Part shown: positions 13,801 to 26,301 of the stretch, piece after piece | Numbering within the stretch: position 1 is the stretch's first letter | How the letters are laid out: every line of letters begins with the position of its first letter | Assembly: GCA_964016885.1 (NCBI GenBank) | Contig: OZ024764.1 | Span: 27,094,001 to 27,158,000 of the forward strand | DNA from: Eledone cirrhosa | Lineage: Eukaryota | Length of the DNA stretch: 64,000 nt | Direction: 5' to 3' | Position numbers and translations under genes: made by a program | Notes under the pieces: generated by a model | The model's database searches: none | Seen by the model: only the letters and a program-made list of their open reading frames with translations | Told to the model about the DNA's origin: nothing

Positions 13801-16800
13801 TCTCTCTCAGAATTATTAGCCACAGGGGCAGAGATGACCATAACATTACATGTCAGAATTATTAGCCACAGGGGCAGAGATGTCCATAACATTACATGTC
13901 AGAATCATTAGCCACAGGGGCAGAGATGTCCATAACATTACATGACAGAATTATTAGCCACAGGGGCAGAGATGACCATAACATTACATGACAATTATTA
14001 GCCACAGGGGCAGATATGTCAATAACATTACATGACAGAGTTTCATCTCGCGCTCTCTCTCTCTCTCGTTTCATCTTGCGCTCTCTCTCTCTCGTTTCCT
14101 CTCGCTCTCTCTCTCTCTCGTTTCATCTCTGTCTTCCTCTCTCTCGTTCCATCTCTCTCTTCCTCTCTCTCGTTCAATCTCTCTCTTCCTCTCTCTCGTT
14201 TCATCTGTCTCTCTCTCTGTCGTTTCATCTCGCGCTCTCTCTCTCTCGTTTCATCTCGCGCTCTCTCTCTCTCATTTCATCTCGCTCTCTCTCTCTCTCG
14301 TTTCATCTCTGTCTTCCTCTCTCTCTTCCTCTCTCTCGTTCCATCTCTCTCTTCCTCTCTCTCGTTTCATCTCTATCTCCCTCGTTTCATCTCTCTCTCG
14401 CTCTCTCGTTTCATCTCTCTCTCCCTCTCGTCTCATCTCGCTCTCTCTCTTCTGTTTCATCTCGCTCTCTACTCTCGTCTCCTCTCTGTCGTTTCCTCTC
14501 TGTCTCGTTTCATCTCGCTCTCCCTGTCTCATTTCATCTCGCTCTCTCTCTCTCTCTTCCTCTCTGTCTCTTGTTTCAACACTCTAATCCCTCACTTGTT
14601 TTATCTCTCTCTAATCCCTCACTTGTTTCATCTCTCTCAGAATTATTAGCCACAGGGGCAGAGATGTCCATAACATTACATGTCAGAGTTATTAGCCACA
14701 GGGGCAGAGATGTCCATAACGTTACATGACAATTATTAGCCCCAAGGGCAGATATGTCCATAACATTACATGACAGAGTTTCATCTCGCGCTCTCTCTCT
14801 CTCGTTTCATCTCGCGCTCTCTCTCTTCCTCTCTCTCGTTTCATCTCGCTCTCTCTCTCTCTCGTTTAACCTCTGTCTTCCATCTCTCTCTTCCTCTCTC
14901 TCGTTCCATCTCACTCTTCCTCTCTCTCATTTCATCTCTCTCTCTCGTTTCATCTCTATCTCTCTCTCTCGTTTCATCTGTCTCTCTCTCTGTCGTTTCA
15001 TCTCCCTCTATCTCTCTCTCCCTCTCGTTTCATCTCGCTCTCTCTCTCCTGTTTCATCTCGCTCTCTCTCTCTCCTGTTTCATCTCGCTCTCTACTCTCG
15101 TTTCCTCTCTCTCTCCCTCCTGTTTCATCTCGCTCTCTCTCTCTCGTTTCATCTCGCTCTCACTCTCTTTTTCATCTCGCTCTCTCTCTGTCTCGTTTCA
15201 TCTCGCTCTCTCTCTCTCATTTCATCTCGCTCTCTCTCTCTCATTTCATCTCGCTCTCTCTCTCTCGTTTCATCTCGCTCTCACTCTCTCGTTTCATCTC
15301 GCTCTCACTCTCTCGTTTCATCTCGCTCTCCCTGTCTCGTTTCATCTCGCTCACACTCTCTCATTTCATCTCGCTCTCTCTCTCTTCTTTCAACACTCTA
15401 ATCCCTCACTTGTTTCATCTCTCTCAGAATTATTAGCCACAGGGCAGAAATGTCCATAACATTACATGTCAGAATTATTAGCCACAGGGGCAGAGATGTC
15501 CATAACATTACATGACAGAGTTTGATCTCGCTCTCTCTCTCTCTCGTTTCATCAGTGTCTTCCTCTCTCTCGTTCCATCTCTCTCTTGCTCTCTCTCGTT
15601 CCATCTCTATCTTCATCTCTCTCGTTTCATCTCTATCTCCCTCCTTTCATCTGTCTCTCTCTCTGTCGTTTCATCTCGCGCTCTCTCTCTCTCGTTTCAT
15701 CTCGCGCTCTCTCTCTCTCTTTCTCTCTCTCGTTTCATCTCTATCTCCCTCGTTTCATCTGTCTCTCGCTCTCTCGTTTCATCTCTCTCTCCCTCTCGTT
15801 TCATCTCGCTCTCTACTCTCGTTTCCTCTCTCTCGCGTTCCATCCCACTCTCTCTCTCTCTCATTACATCTCGCTCTCTCTGTCTCGTTTCATCTCGCTC
15901 TCTCTCTCTCTCGTTTCATCTCGTTCTCACTCTCTCGTTTCATCTCGCTTCTCTCACTCTCGTGTTTCATCTCGCTCTCCCTGTCTCATTTCATCTCGCT
16001 CTCTCTCTCTCTTCCTCTCTCTCTCTTCCTCTCTCTCTCTTGTTTCAACACTCTAATCCCTCACTTGTTTTATCTCTCTCTAATCCCTCACTTGTTTCAT
16101 CTCTCTCAGAATTATTAGCCACAGGGGCAGAGATGTCCATAACATTACATGTCAGAATTATTAGCCACAGGGCAGAGATGTCCATAACATTACATGTCAG
16201 AATTATTAGCCACAGGGGCAGAGATGTCCATAACATTACATGACAGAATTATTAGCCACAGGGGCAGAGATGTCCATAACATTACATGTCAGAATTATTA
16301 GACACAGGGCAGAGATGTCCATAACATTACATGTCAGAATTATTAGCCACAGGGGCAGAGATGTCCATAACATTACATGTCAGAATTATTAGCCACAGGG
16401 GCCGAGATGTCCATAACATTACATGAAAGAATTATTAGCCACAGGGGCAGAGATGTCCATAACATTACATGACAGAATTATTAGCCACAGGGGCAGAGAT
16501 GTCCATAACATTACATGACAATTATTAGCCCCAAGGGCAGATATGTCCATAACATTACATGACAGAGTTTCATCTGGCGCTCTCTCTCTTCCTCTCTCTC
16601 GTTTCATCTCTGTCTTCCTCTCTCTCGTTCCATCTCTCTCTTCCTCTCGCTCGTTCCATCTCTCTCTTCCTCTCTCTCGTTTCATCTCTATCTCCCTCCT
16701 TTCATCTGTCTCTCTCTCTGTCGTTTCATCTCGCGCTCTCTCTCTCTCGTTTCATCTCGCGCTCTCTCTCTCTCGTTTCATCTCTCTCTCTCTCTCGTTT

Positions 16801-19800
16801 CATCTCTGTCTTCCTCTCTCTCGTTCCATCTCTCTCTTCCTCTCTCTCGTTTCATCTCTATCTCCCTCGTTTCATCTCTCTCTCCCTCTCGTTTCATCTC
16901 GCTCTCTCTCTCCTGTTTCATCTCGCTCTCTACTCTCGTTTCCTCACTCTCGTTTCCTCTCTCTCTCGTTTCCTCTCTGTCTCGTTCCATCCCGCTCTCT
17001 CTCTCTCTCATTACATCTCGCTCTCTCTGTCTCGTTTCATCTCGCTCTCTCTCTCTCTCGTTTCATCTCGCTCTCCCTCTCTCGTTTCATCCCGCTCTCA
17101 CTCTCTCATTTCTTCTCGCTCTCTCTCTCTTGTTTCAACACTCTAATCCCTCACTTGTTTACTATCTCTCAGAATTATTAGCCACAGGGACAGAGATGAC
17201 CATAACATTACATGTCAGAATTATTAGCCACAAGGGCAGAGATGTCCATAACATTACATGACAGAATTATTAGCCACAGGGGCAGAGATGACCATAACAT
17301 TACATGAAAATTATTAGCCACAGGGGCAGATATGTCAATAACATTACATGACAGAGTTTCATCTCGCGCTCTCTCTCTCTCGTTTCATCTTGCGCTCTCT
17401 CTCTCTCTCGTTTCATCTTGCTCTCTCTCTCGTTTCATCTCTGTCTTCCTCTCTCTCGTTCCATCTCTCTCTTCCTCTCCCTCGTTCCATCTCTCTCATC
17501 CTCTCTCTCGTTTCATCTCTATCTCCCTCCTTTCATCTGTCTATTTCTCTGTCGTTTCATCTCGCGCTCTCTCTCTCTCGTTTCATCTCGCGCTCTCTCT
17601 GTCTCGTTTCATCTCGCTCTCTCTCGTTTCATCTCTGTCTTCCATCTCTCTCTTCCTCTCTCTCGTTCCATCTTTCTCTTCCTCTCTCTCGTTTCATCTC
17701 TATCTCCCTCGTTTCATCTCTCTCTCGCTCTCTCGTTTCATCTCTCTCTCCCGCTCGTTTCTTCTCGCTCTCTCTCTCCTGTTTCATCTCGCTCTCTACT
17801 CTCGTTTCCTCTCTCTCATTTCCTCTCTCTCTCGTTTCATCTCTGTCTCGTTTCATCTCGCTCTCTCTCTTTCTCGTTTGATCTCGCTCTCACTCTCTCG
17901 TTTCATCTCGCTTCTCTCACTCTCTTGTTTCATCTCGCTCTCTCTCTCTCTTCTTCTCTCTCTCTTGTTTCAACACTCTAATCCCTCACTTGTTTTATCT
18001 CTCTCTAATCCCTCACTTGGTTCATCTCTCTCAGAATTATTAGCCACAGGGGCAGAGATGTCCATAACATTGCATGTCAGAATTATTAGCCACAGGGCAG
18101 AGATGTCCATAACATTACGTCAGAATTATTAGCCACAGGGGCAGAGATGTCCATAACATTACATGTCAGAATTATTAGCCACAGGGGCAGAGATGTCCAT
18201 AACATTACATGACAGAATTATTAGCCACAGGGGCAGAGATGTCCATAACATTACATGTCAGAATTATTAGCCATAGGGGCAGAGATGTCCATAACATTAC
18301 ATGACAATTATTAGCCCCAAGGGCAGATATGTCGATAACATTACATGAGAGAGTTTCATCTCGCGCTCTCTCTCTTCCTCTCTCTCGTTTCATCTCTATC
18401 TCCCTCCTTTCATCTGTCTCTCTCTCTGTCGTTTCATCTCGCGCTCTCTCTCTCTCGTTTCATCTTGCGCTCTCTCTCTCTCGTTTCATCTCGCTCTCCC
18501 TCTCTCTCGTTTCATCTCTGTCTTCCTCTCTCTCGTTTCATCTCGCTCTCTCTCTCTCTCTCGTTTCATCTCTGTCTTCCTCTCTCTCGTTCCATCTCTC
18601 ACTTCCTCTCTCTCGTTCCATCTCTCTCTTCCTCTCTCTCGTTTCATCTCTCTCTCCCTTCTTTCATCTGTCTCTCTCTCTGTCGTTTCATCTCGCGCTC
18701 TCTCTCTCTCTCGTTTCATCTTGCGCTCTCTCTCTCTCTCGTTTCGTCTTGCTCTCTCTATCTCTCGTTTCATCTCTGTCTTCCTCTCTCGCGTTCCATC
18801 TCTCTCTTCCTCTCTCTCGTTCCATCTCTCTCATCCTCTCTCTCGTTTCATCTCTATCTCCCTCCTTTCATCTGTCTCTCTCTCTGTCGTTTCATCTCAC
18901 GCTCTCTCTCTCTCGTTTCATCTTGCGCTCTCTCTCTCTCGTTTCATCTCGCTCTCTCTCTCGTTTCATCTCTGTCTTCCTCTCTCTCGTTCCATCTCTC
19001 TCTTCCTCTCTCTCGTTCCATCTCTCTCTTCCTCTCTCTCGTTTCATCTCTATCTCCCTTCTTTCATCTGTCTCGCTCTCTGTAGTTTCATCTCGCGCTC
19101 TCTCTCTCTCGTTTCATGTCGCGCTCTCTCTCTCTCGTTTCATCTCGCTCTCTCTCTCTCGTTTCATCTCTGTCTTCCTCTCTCTCGTGCCATCTCTCTC
19201 TTCCTCTCTCTCGTTCCATCTCTCTCTTCCTCTCTCTCGTTTCATCTCTATCTCCCTTGTTTCATCTCTCTCTCGCTCTCTCGTTTCATCTCTCTCTCCC
19301 TCTCGTTTCATCTCGCTCTCTCTCTCCTGTTTCATCTCGCTCTCTCTCTCTCGTTTCATCTCTGTCTTCCTCTCTCTCGTTCCATCTCTGTCTTCCTCTC
19401 TCTCGTTCCATCTCTCTCTTCCTCTCCCTCGTTTCATCTCTCTCTCGCTCTCTCGTTTCATCTCTCTCTCCCTCTCATTTCATCTCGCTCTCTCTCTCCT
19501 GTTTCATCTCGCTCTCTACTCTCGTTTCCTCTCTCTCTCTCGTTTCATCTCTCTCTCCCTCCCGTTTCATCTCGCTCTCTCTCTCTCATTTCATCTCGCT
19601 CTCTCTCTCTCGTTTCATCTCGCTCTCCCTCTCTCGTTTCATCCCGCTCTCACTCTCTCATTTCTTCTCGCTCTCTCTCTCTTGTTTCAACACTCTAATC
19701 CCTCACTTGTTTACTATCTCTCAGAATTATTAGCCACAGGGACAGAGATGACCATAACATTACATGTCAGAATTATTAGCCACAAGGGCAGAGATGTCCA

Positions 19801-22732
19801 TAACATTACATGACAGAATTATTAGCCACAGGGGCAGAGATGACCATAACATTACATGAAAATTATTAGCCACAGGGGCAGATATGTCAATAACATTACA
19901 TGACAGAGTTTCATCTCGCGCTCTCTCTCTCTCGTTTCATCTTGCGCTCTCTCTCTCTCTCGTTTCATCTTGCTCTCTCTCTCGTTTCATCTCTGTCTTC
20001 CTCTCTCTCGTTCCATCTCTCTCTTCCTCTCCCTCGTTCCATCTCTCTCATCCTCTCTCTCGTTTCATCTCTATCTCCCTCCTTTCATCTGTCTCTCTCT
20101 CTGTCGTTTCATCTCGCGCTCTCTCTCTCTCGTTTCATCTCGCGCTCTCTCTGTCTCGTTTCATCTCGCTCTCTCTCGTTTCATCTCTGTCTTCCTCTCT
20201 CTCGTTCCATCTCTCTCTTCCTCTCTCTCGTTCCATCTCTCTCTTCCTCTCTCTCGTTTCATCTCTATCTCCCTCGTTTCATCTCTCTCTCGCTCTCTCG
20301 TTTCATCTCTCTCTCCCGCTCGTTTCTTCTCGCTCTCTCTCTCCTGTTTCATCTCGCTCTCTACTCTCGTTTCCTCTCTCTCATTTCCTCTCTCTCTCGT
20401 TTCATCTCTGTCTCGTTTGATCTCGCTCTCTCTCTTTCTCGTTTGATCTCGCTCTCACTCTCTCGTTTCATCTCGCTTCTCTCACTCTCTTGTTTCATCT
20501 CGCTCTCTCTCTCTCTTCCTCTCTCTCTCTTGTTTCAACACTCTAATCCCTCACTTGTTTTATCTCTCTCTAATCCCTCACTTGTTTCATCTCTCTCAGA
20601 ATTATTAGCCACAGGGGCAGAGATGTCCATAACATTACATGTCAGAATTATTAGCCACAGGGCAGAGATGTCCATAACATTACATGTCAAAATTATTAGC
20701 CACAGGGGCAGAGATGTCCATAACATTACATGTCAGAATTATTAGCCACAGGGGCGGAGACGTCCATAACATTACATGACAGAATTATTAGCCACAGGGG
20801 CAGAGATGACCATAACATTACATGACAATTATTAGCCACAGGGGCAGATATATCAATAACATTACATGATAGAGTTTCATCTCGCGCTCTCTCTCTCTCT
20901 CGTTTCATCTTGCGCTCTCTCTCTCTCGTTTCATCTTGCTCTCTCTCTCTCTCGTTTCATCTCTGTCTTCCTCTCTCTCGTTCCATCTCTCTATTCCTCT
21001 CTCTCGTTCCATCTCTCTCATCCTCTCTCTCGTTTTATCTGTATCTCCCTCCTTCAATCTGTCTCTCTCTCTGTCGTTTCATCTCGTGCTCTCTCTCTCT
21101 CGTTTCATCTCGCGCTCTCTCTGTCTCGTTTCATCTCGCTCTCTCTCTCTCTCTCGTTTCATCTCTGTCTTCCTCTCTCTCGTTCCATCTCTCTCTTCCT
21201 CTTTCTCGTTCCATCTCTCTCTTCCTCTCTCTCGTTTCATCTCTATCTCCCTCGTTTCATCTCTCTCTCGCTCTCTCGTTTCATCTCTCTCTCCCTCTCG
21301 TTTCATCTCCCTCTCTACTCTCGTTTCCTCTCTGTCTCGTTCCATCCCGCTCTCTCTCTCTCTCATTACATCTCGCTCTCTCTGTCTCGTTTCATCTCGC
21401 TCTCTCTCGCTCTCGTTTCATCTCGCTCTCACTCTCTCGTTTCATCTCGCTTCTCTCACTATTGCGTTTCATCTCGCTCTCCCTGTCTCATTTCATCTCG
21501 CTCTCTCTCTCTCTCTTCCTCTTGTTTCAACACTCTAATCCCTCACTTGTTTTATCTCTCTCTAATCCCTCACTTGTTTCATCTCTCTCAGAATTATTAG
21601 CCACAGGGGCAGAGATGTCCATAACATTACATGTCAGAGTTATTAGCCACAGGGGCAGAGATGTCCATAACATTACATGACAATTATTAGCCCCAAGGGC
21701 AGATATGTCCATAACATTACATGACAGAGTTTCATCTCGCGCTCTCTCTCTCTCGTTTCATCTCGCGCTCTCTCTCTTCCTCTCTCTCGTTTCATCTCGC
21801 TCTCTCTCTCTCTCGTTTCACCTCTGTCTTCCATCTCTGTCTTCCTCTCTCTCGTTCCATCTCACTCTTCCTCTCTCTCATTTCATCTCTCTCTCTCTCG
21901 TTTCATCTGTCTCTCTCTCTGTCGTTTCATCTCCCTCTATCTCTCTCTCCCTCTTGTTTCATCTCGCTCTCTCTCTCCTGTTTCATCTCGCTCTCTCTCT
22001 CTCATTTCATCTCGCTCTCTCTCTCTCATTTCATCTCGCTCTCTCTCTCTCGTTTCATCTCGCTCTCACTCTCTCGTTTCATCTCGCTCTCACTCTCTCG
22101 TTTCATCTCGCTCTCCCTGTCTCGTTTCATCTCGCTCACACTCTCTCATTTCATCTCGCTCTCTCTCTCTTCTTTCAACACTCTAATCCCTCACTTGTTT
22201 CATCTCTCTCAGAATTATTAGCCACAGGGGCAGAGATGTCCATAACATTACATGTCAGAATTATTAGCCACAGGGGCAGAGATGTCCATAACATTACATG
22301 ACAGATTTATTAGCCACAGGGGCAGAGATGTCCATAACATTACATGACAGATTTATTAGCCACAGGGGCAGAGATGTCTATAACATTACATGACATAATT
22401 ATTAGCCACAGGGGCAGAGATGTCCATAACATTACATGGCAGATTTATTAGCCACAGGGGCAGAGATGTCCATAACATTACATGTCAGAATTATTAGCCA
22501 CAGGGGCAGAGATGTCCATAACATTACATGACAGATTTATTAGCCACAGGGGCAGAGATGTCCATAACATTACATGACAGATTTATTAGCCACAGGGGCA
22601 GAGATGTCTATAACATTACATGACATAATTATTAGCCACAGGGGCAGAGATGTCCATAACATTACATGACAGAATTATTAGCCACAGGGGCAGAGATGTC
22701 CATAACATTACATGACAGAATTATTAGCCACA
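7855..22732 (-). repeat. Same composite satellite in inverted orientation, about 15 super-units
   Basis: Reverse-complement monomer CAGAATTATTAGCCACAGGGGCAGAGATGTCCATAACATTACATGA. CT blocks start near 8125, 9600, 10571, 11381, 12357, 13225, 14034, 14772, 15514, 16561, 17350, 18347, 19902, 20868 and 21723, and each ends in ...CTAATCCCTCACTTG...CTCTCAGAA. Confidence 0.97.
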
Positions 22733-22960
22733 TGTAATGTTATGGACATCTCTGCCCCTGTGGCTAATAATTCTGTCATGTTATGTTATGGACATCTCTG
22801 CCCCTGTGGCTAATAATTCTGACATGTAATGTTAGGGACATCTCTGCCCCAGTGGCTCATAATTCTGACATGTAATGTTATGGACATCTCTGCCCCTGTG
22901 GCTAATAATTCTGTCATGTAATGTTATGGACATCTCTGCCCCTGTGGCTAATAATTCTGT
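22730..22960 (+). repeat. Five 46-bp monomers back in + orientation, ending the satellite domain
   Basis: TTAGCCACA|TGTAATGTTATGG switch at 22730-22732; the array ends ATAATTCTGT and is joined to TCAAATCTGACTGAC. Confidence 0.95.
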
Positions 22961-23297
22961 TCAAATCTGACTGACATGCATGGTATATATTTATGTTTCA
23001 TTAGACACCGCCACAATACACAGGAACTTATAAAGATATGTATATATTGTCCAGGAGTTTCGAGTTTAGTGGGAATTGTACAAATCTCAATTGGAGCTAG
23101 TCCCTGCAAGATCAGCATAAATAATGTTATACCTTTTCATGAAATCTTGCACACCCGATATTTTATACATGATTATTTAAAGGTGAACAAAAACCGAAGA
23201 ACATTGAGCAGCATTTCTCAACCTTTCTACCCATGTTGATCTCTTGAAATAGTTTTTATGTCTCAAGGAAGCCTTGCATAAAATATACTTTTTCTAT

Positions 23298-23360
23298 CTC
23301 TAGAGCAGTGGTTCCGAAATCGTGTGCTGTGAGATGAAACTAGATGAGCTGCAAAAGACT
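23298..23360 (+). mobile_element. hAT-Charlie-like terminal inverted repeat remnant (also near 42628, 45206, 57236, 59858)
   Basis: CTCTAGAG (matches the NTCTAGAN Charlie target preference) immediately followed by CAGTGGTTCC(C/G)AAAT. The matching other end was not found. Confidence 0.55.
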
Positions 23361-23437
23361 AAGATTAAGTTTTAAGATGTGAAAAATATAAAACTGAAAT
23401 TTCATATAAAAGTTCAAATATAGCTACAGCCACAAAC

Positions 23438-23660
23438 CTAGGCTCCACACCCCGCAACGCAGAGGAGAGTAAGATAGTACTGAGGCCTGACTCACCTCTT
23501 CCACTCCATTGAGACCTCTGCCATACTTGGTCCCCCTACTGCTGATTTCCTCCATAAAGTCGGGAGGAAAGACGGCAGGAGCCTCGTGAGGAGGGGCAAC
23601 TATTGTAGCAGGTGTCTCTGGCCTTGTTCCGAGGTAACGCTTTTACGTTTCTTCCACGTG
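23438..23660 (+). mobile_element. CRE-type non-LTR retrotransposon 3' fragment, subfamily 1 (copies at ~42768, 45347, 57376, 59997)
   Basis: Manual translation across frameshifts gives AEESK...IETSAILGPPTADFLHKVGRK...EPREEGQLL*QVSLALFRGNA. This resembles the ETxG...PRE...LSxAxxRGNA C-terminus of CRE restriction-like endonuclease ORFs. Confidence 0.65.
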
Positions 23661-24019
23661 TTGCGGCTGAGGGACCACTTAGACTGGGGTGAAGTGTCTG
23701 TCCCTCCCCCGACTTCTTACTTCCTTTTTTTTCTCCTTTTCAATTTCTTTTCTCTTCTTGCTTATCTCTGCTATACCACGGCATCAAAAAGATATATGAT
23801 ATATGTATGTATGGTATAGGTGTATTTATATTTAGGATAGTTATCAAAGGTAAATAGACTGGTTGGAGTAATAACAGTCTTGTTTATGTATATACACACA
23901 TATATACATATATATATATATATATATATGTTTGTTCTTGTATTTCTATAGAAAAGGTAAAGAAAAGAAGAGTGCTCTATGTATTGTACAGAGCTATTTA
24001 ATTACATAATAAACAACAG

Positions 24020-26301
24020 AATGGAAAACATTCAGACAGAGAAGAATGGATAATGAGCGTTGTAAGAGAAATTGGCCAACAATTAATATTAATGGAAATG
24101 TAGAAGAATTTCATATTAGTGATATGAATGTTTTGTGTGATCACTGTGGAGCTTTGAAATTTAGAAATGAAAATTGTAACTGTTGTAATAAAGGAAAGGT
24201 TGTGTTGCCACCATTGCAAATATACCCTGAGAGACTGAGAAATCTCTTTGAAAGAGGCCAGGAAGCAGTTGATTTCACAGAAACATCTGCAATTAAAACT
24301 ACATTTATTTCACTTCATTTGGTGTTACCACCCGGCAGAGGCCCGTATAGCTTTCATATTCAGGGTCAAACATATCAATACACCCCCATCTCTGTAACCT
24401 GCAGAAAATACACCACAATATGGCCAGTTATATATTATTGATGGGAATGAAAGTGTGTAGCACAGATTGGAAGTACAACCAAATAATTGTTTCTGGCACA
24501 AGGCCAGCAATTACTGGTACTTTATTCTATCGACCTCATAAGGATGAAAACAAAGTCAACCTTAGAGGGATTTGAACCCAGAACGTAAAGGGCCATAACC
24601 CTATGCTGCAAAGCATGGTGTCTGACGCTCTACCGATACTGCCAATCCACCACCCTAGTACCAACAAATAATGACTGCTCACCACAAAAAATGGCTATGA
24701 TAAGAGAGGTGTTGCATGAATGTTATCCATATGTCGAAGTGTACAATACAATGCATGGCATCAAACAGCAAAGTTCTAGAAGAGAAAATTGTCGTGTACA
24801 GAACTGTGAATTAAGATTTAGAAGAGGATCAGATATGAGCTGCTATAATTTACCAACTAGTAATGATAGCTGTTGTTTTGTGGGGGATTGAGGGCACACC
24901 ACCTGTACAAAGAGATATTATCATCTTTCCTAAAGACCATCCTCCTCAGAAAATACCACATAATTCATGCCACTTGGACCTCATGACCGACCGATAATGG
25001 TGAATTTTGGTGGCATAGTGACATGGAGAGGAATGCAGGACCTGTGTTTGCAATAGACTGACAATGCAGGAGTATTACATATACTGTATAGCATATAGAG
25101 GAGGATTTAGTGCGATATATAGGGCAGGTAAATTATTTTAGCAGTATTTAGTGGATGCCTATATGAAAGTAGAGGGATGCAGGCTTCAATATTTGAGGAA
25201 CAATCAAGCCCAATTGTGAGTGGATGAGTATAATGGTTTAATGAATTATCTAAACAGATGATAACACTGAGCCTTAAAAAATGAAGACAAGATATGAAAC
25301 AGAGAAGACATTGACAGAATCGTGTCAGCAGAAATACCTGCATTGGAAGATGATCCAGTACTACATGAGCAGGTTTAAAAGTTTATTATCCACAGGCCAT
25401 GTGGTTCTGGAAACCCTTTTCCCCCATTTATACAAAATGGATTTTTCCAAAAGAACTATCCAAAAACCTACAGAAGGGAAACATTATTGAACCTAAATGG
25501 ATACCCAGAGTACAGGAGGTGCAAGACAGGAACTGCAGTGTAAATTGGATGACATTCAGTAGATAACAGGAATGTTGTGCCACTTAATGCCTTTTTGCTT
25601 AAGAAATATTGTGCACATATTAATGTTGAAGTTTGCGCTTCTGTAAAAAGTGTCAAGTACCTCTTTAAATATGTTACATGGGGCATGATTGTACATCTAT
25701 AGAAGTAACGAATAATGCATTACCTAATGAGGCTCAGAACCAACACAACCATGATGAAATAAGAACCTATCTTTGTTGCAGGTATGTGTCTCAGCCAGAA
25801 GCAGTGTTGTGTCTCTCAGAATTTAAGCTTCATGGTACATCACATACAGTATACAGCCTAGCCACACACCTGGAGAACAAACAGAGTTTACTTTCAAAGA
25901 GGCAATGCTTACACCTTCTGGGATGCCGCCTCACTAACTCCAATTAAAAGCAGGATCAATAATAATGCTTCTATGGAATATTTCAATCCAGAACAGATTA
26001 TTTTATTGGCACAAGATTAGAAGTAGTGGAACTGCATAAACATTTTATCGAAGCTTCTCATATCTATGGTCCTTTGATGGGCAGGTGTGTTTTGATCCGA
26101 AGACTGAAGTTAGTTCCCAGTGGTGCCAACATCCCTTTTACTTTGGAAAGACCCCAGTTTCCATTAAGACTGTCATATGCCATGACAATCAACAAGAACC
26201 ATGGTCAAATACATGATAAAGTGGGTCTGTTCCTCCCTGAGCAAGTATTTAACCCTGGACAATTGTATGTTGCTTTTTCAAGAGTTCACAGACAGATGTA
26301 A
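24020..26301 (+). pseudogene. Helitron Rep/helicase relic, copy 1 (frameshifted, internally deleted)
   Basis: CDHCGALKF..CCNKGKVVLPPL zinc finger; PPGRGPYSFHIQGQ; YLVDAYMKVEG; SAEIP; VDNRNVVPLNAFLLKKYCAHINVEVCASVKSVKYLFKYV (Rep motif 3, ~25560-25675); DEIRTYL..RYVSQPEA; Pif1 C-terminal QFPLRLSYAMTINKNHGQ..GQLYVAFSRV. No HUH motif or Walker A was recognised. Confidence 0.9.
24488..24656 (-). mobile_element. tRNA-derived SINE inserted in the Helitron relic (same insertion at ~33777, 46413, 61034)
   Basis: The minus strand has an A-box-like TGGCAGTATCGG, a B-box GGTTCAAATCC and the core GTTGACTTTG..CATCCTT..GGTCGATAGAATAAAGTACCAGT. Flanked by AGTACAACCAAATAAT (24472-24487) and AGTACCAACAAATAAT (24657-24672), a 16-bp duplication with 2 mismatches. 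Confidence 0.85.

Noticed and set aside
81-22301. Long ORFs (up to 605 aa) rich in S/L/F/H or R/E/D
   Set aside because: They overlap in all frames and simply translate (CT)n/(GA)n repeats; block lengths do not preserve frame.
1121-22960. CRISPR-like appearance of the 46-bp repeats
   Set aside because: Monomers abut directly with no unique spacers, the intervening blocks are homologous low-complexity DNA, there are no cas genes, and the context is eukaryotic.
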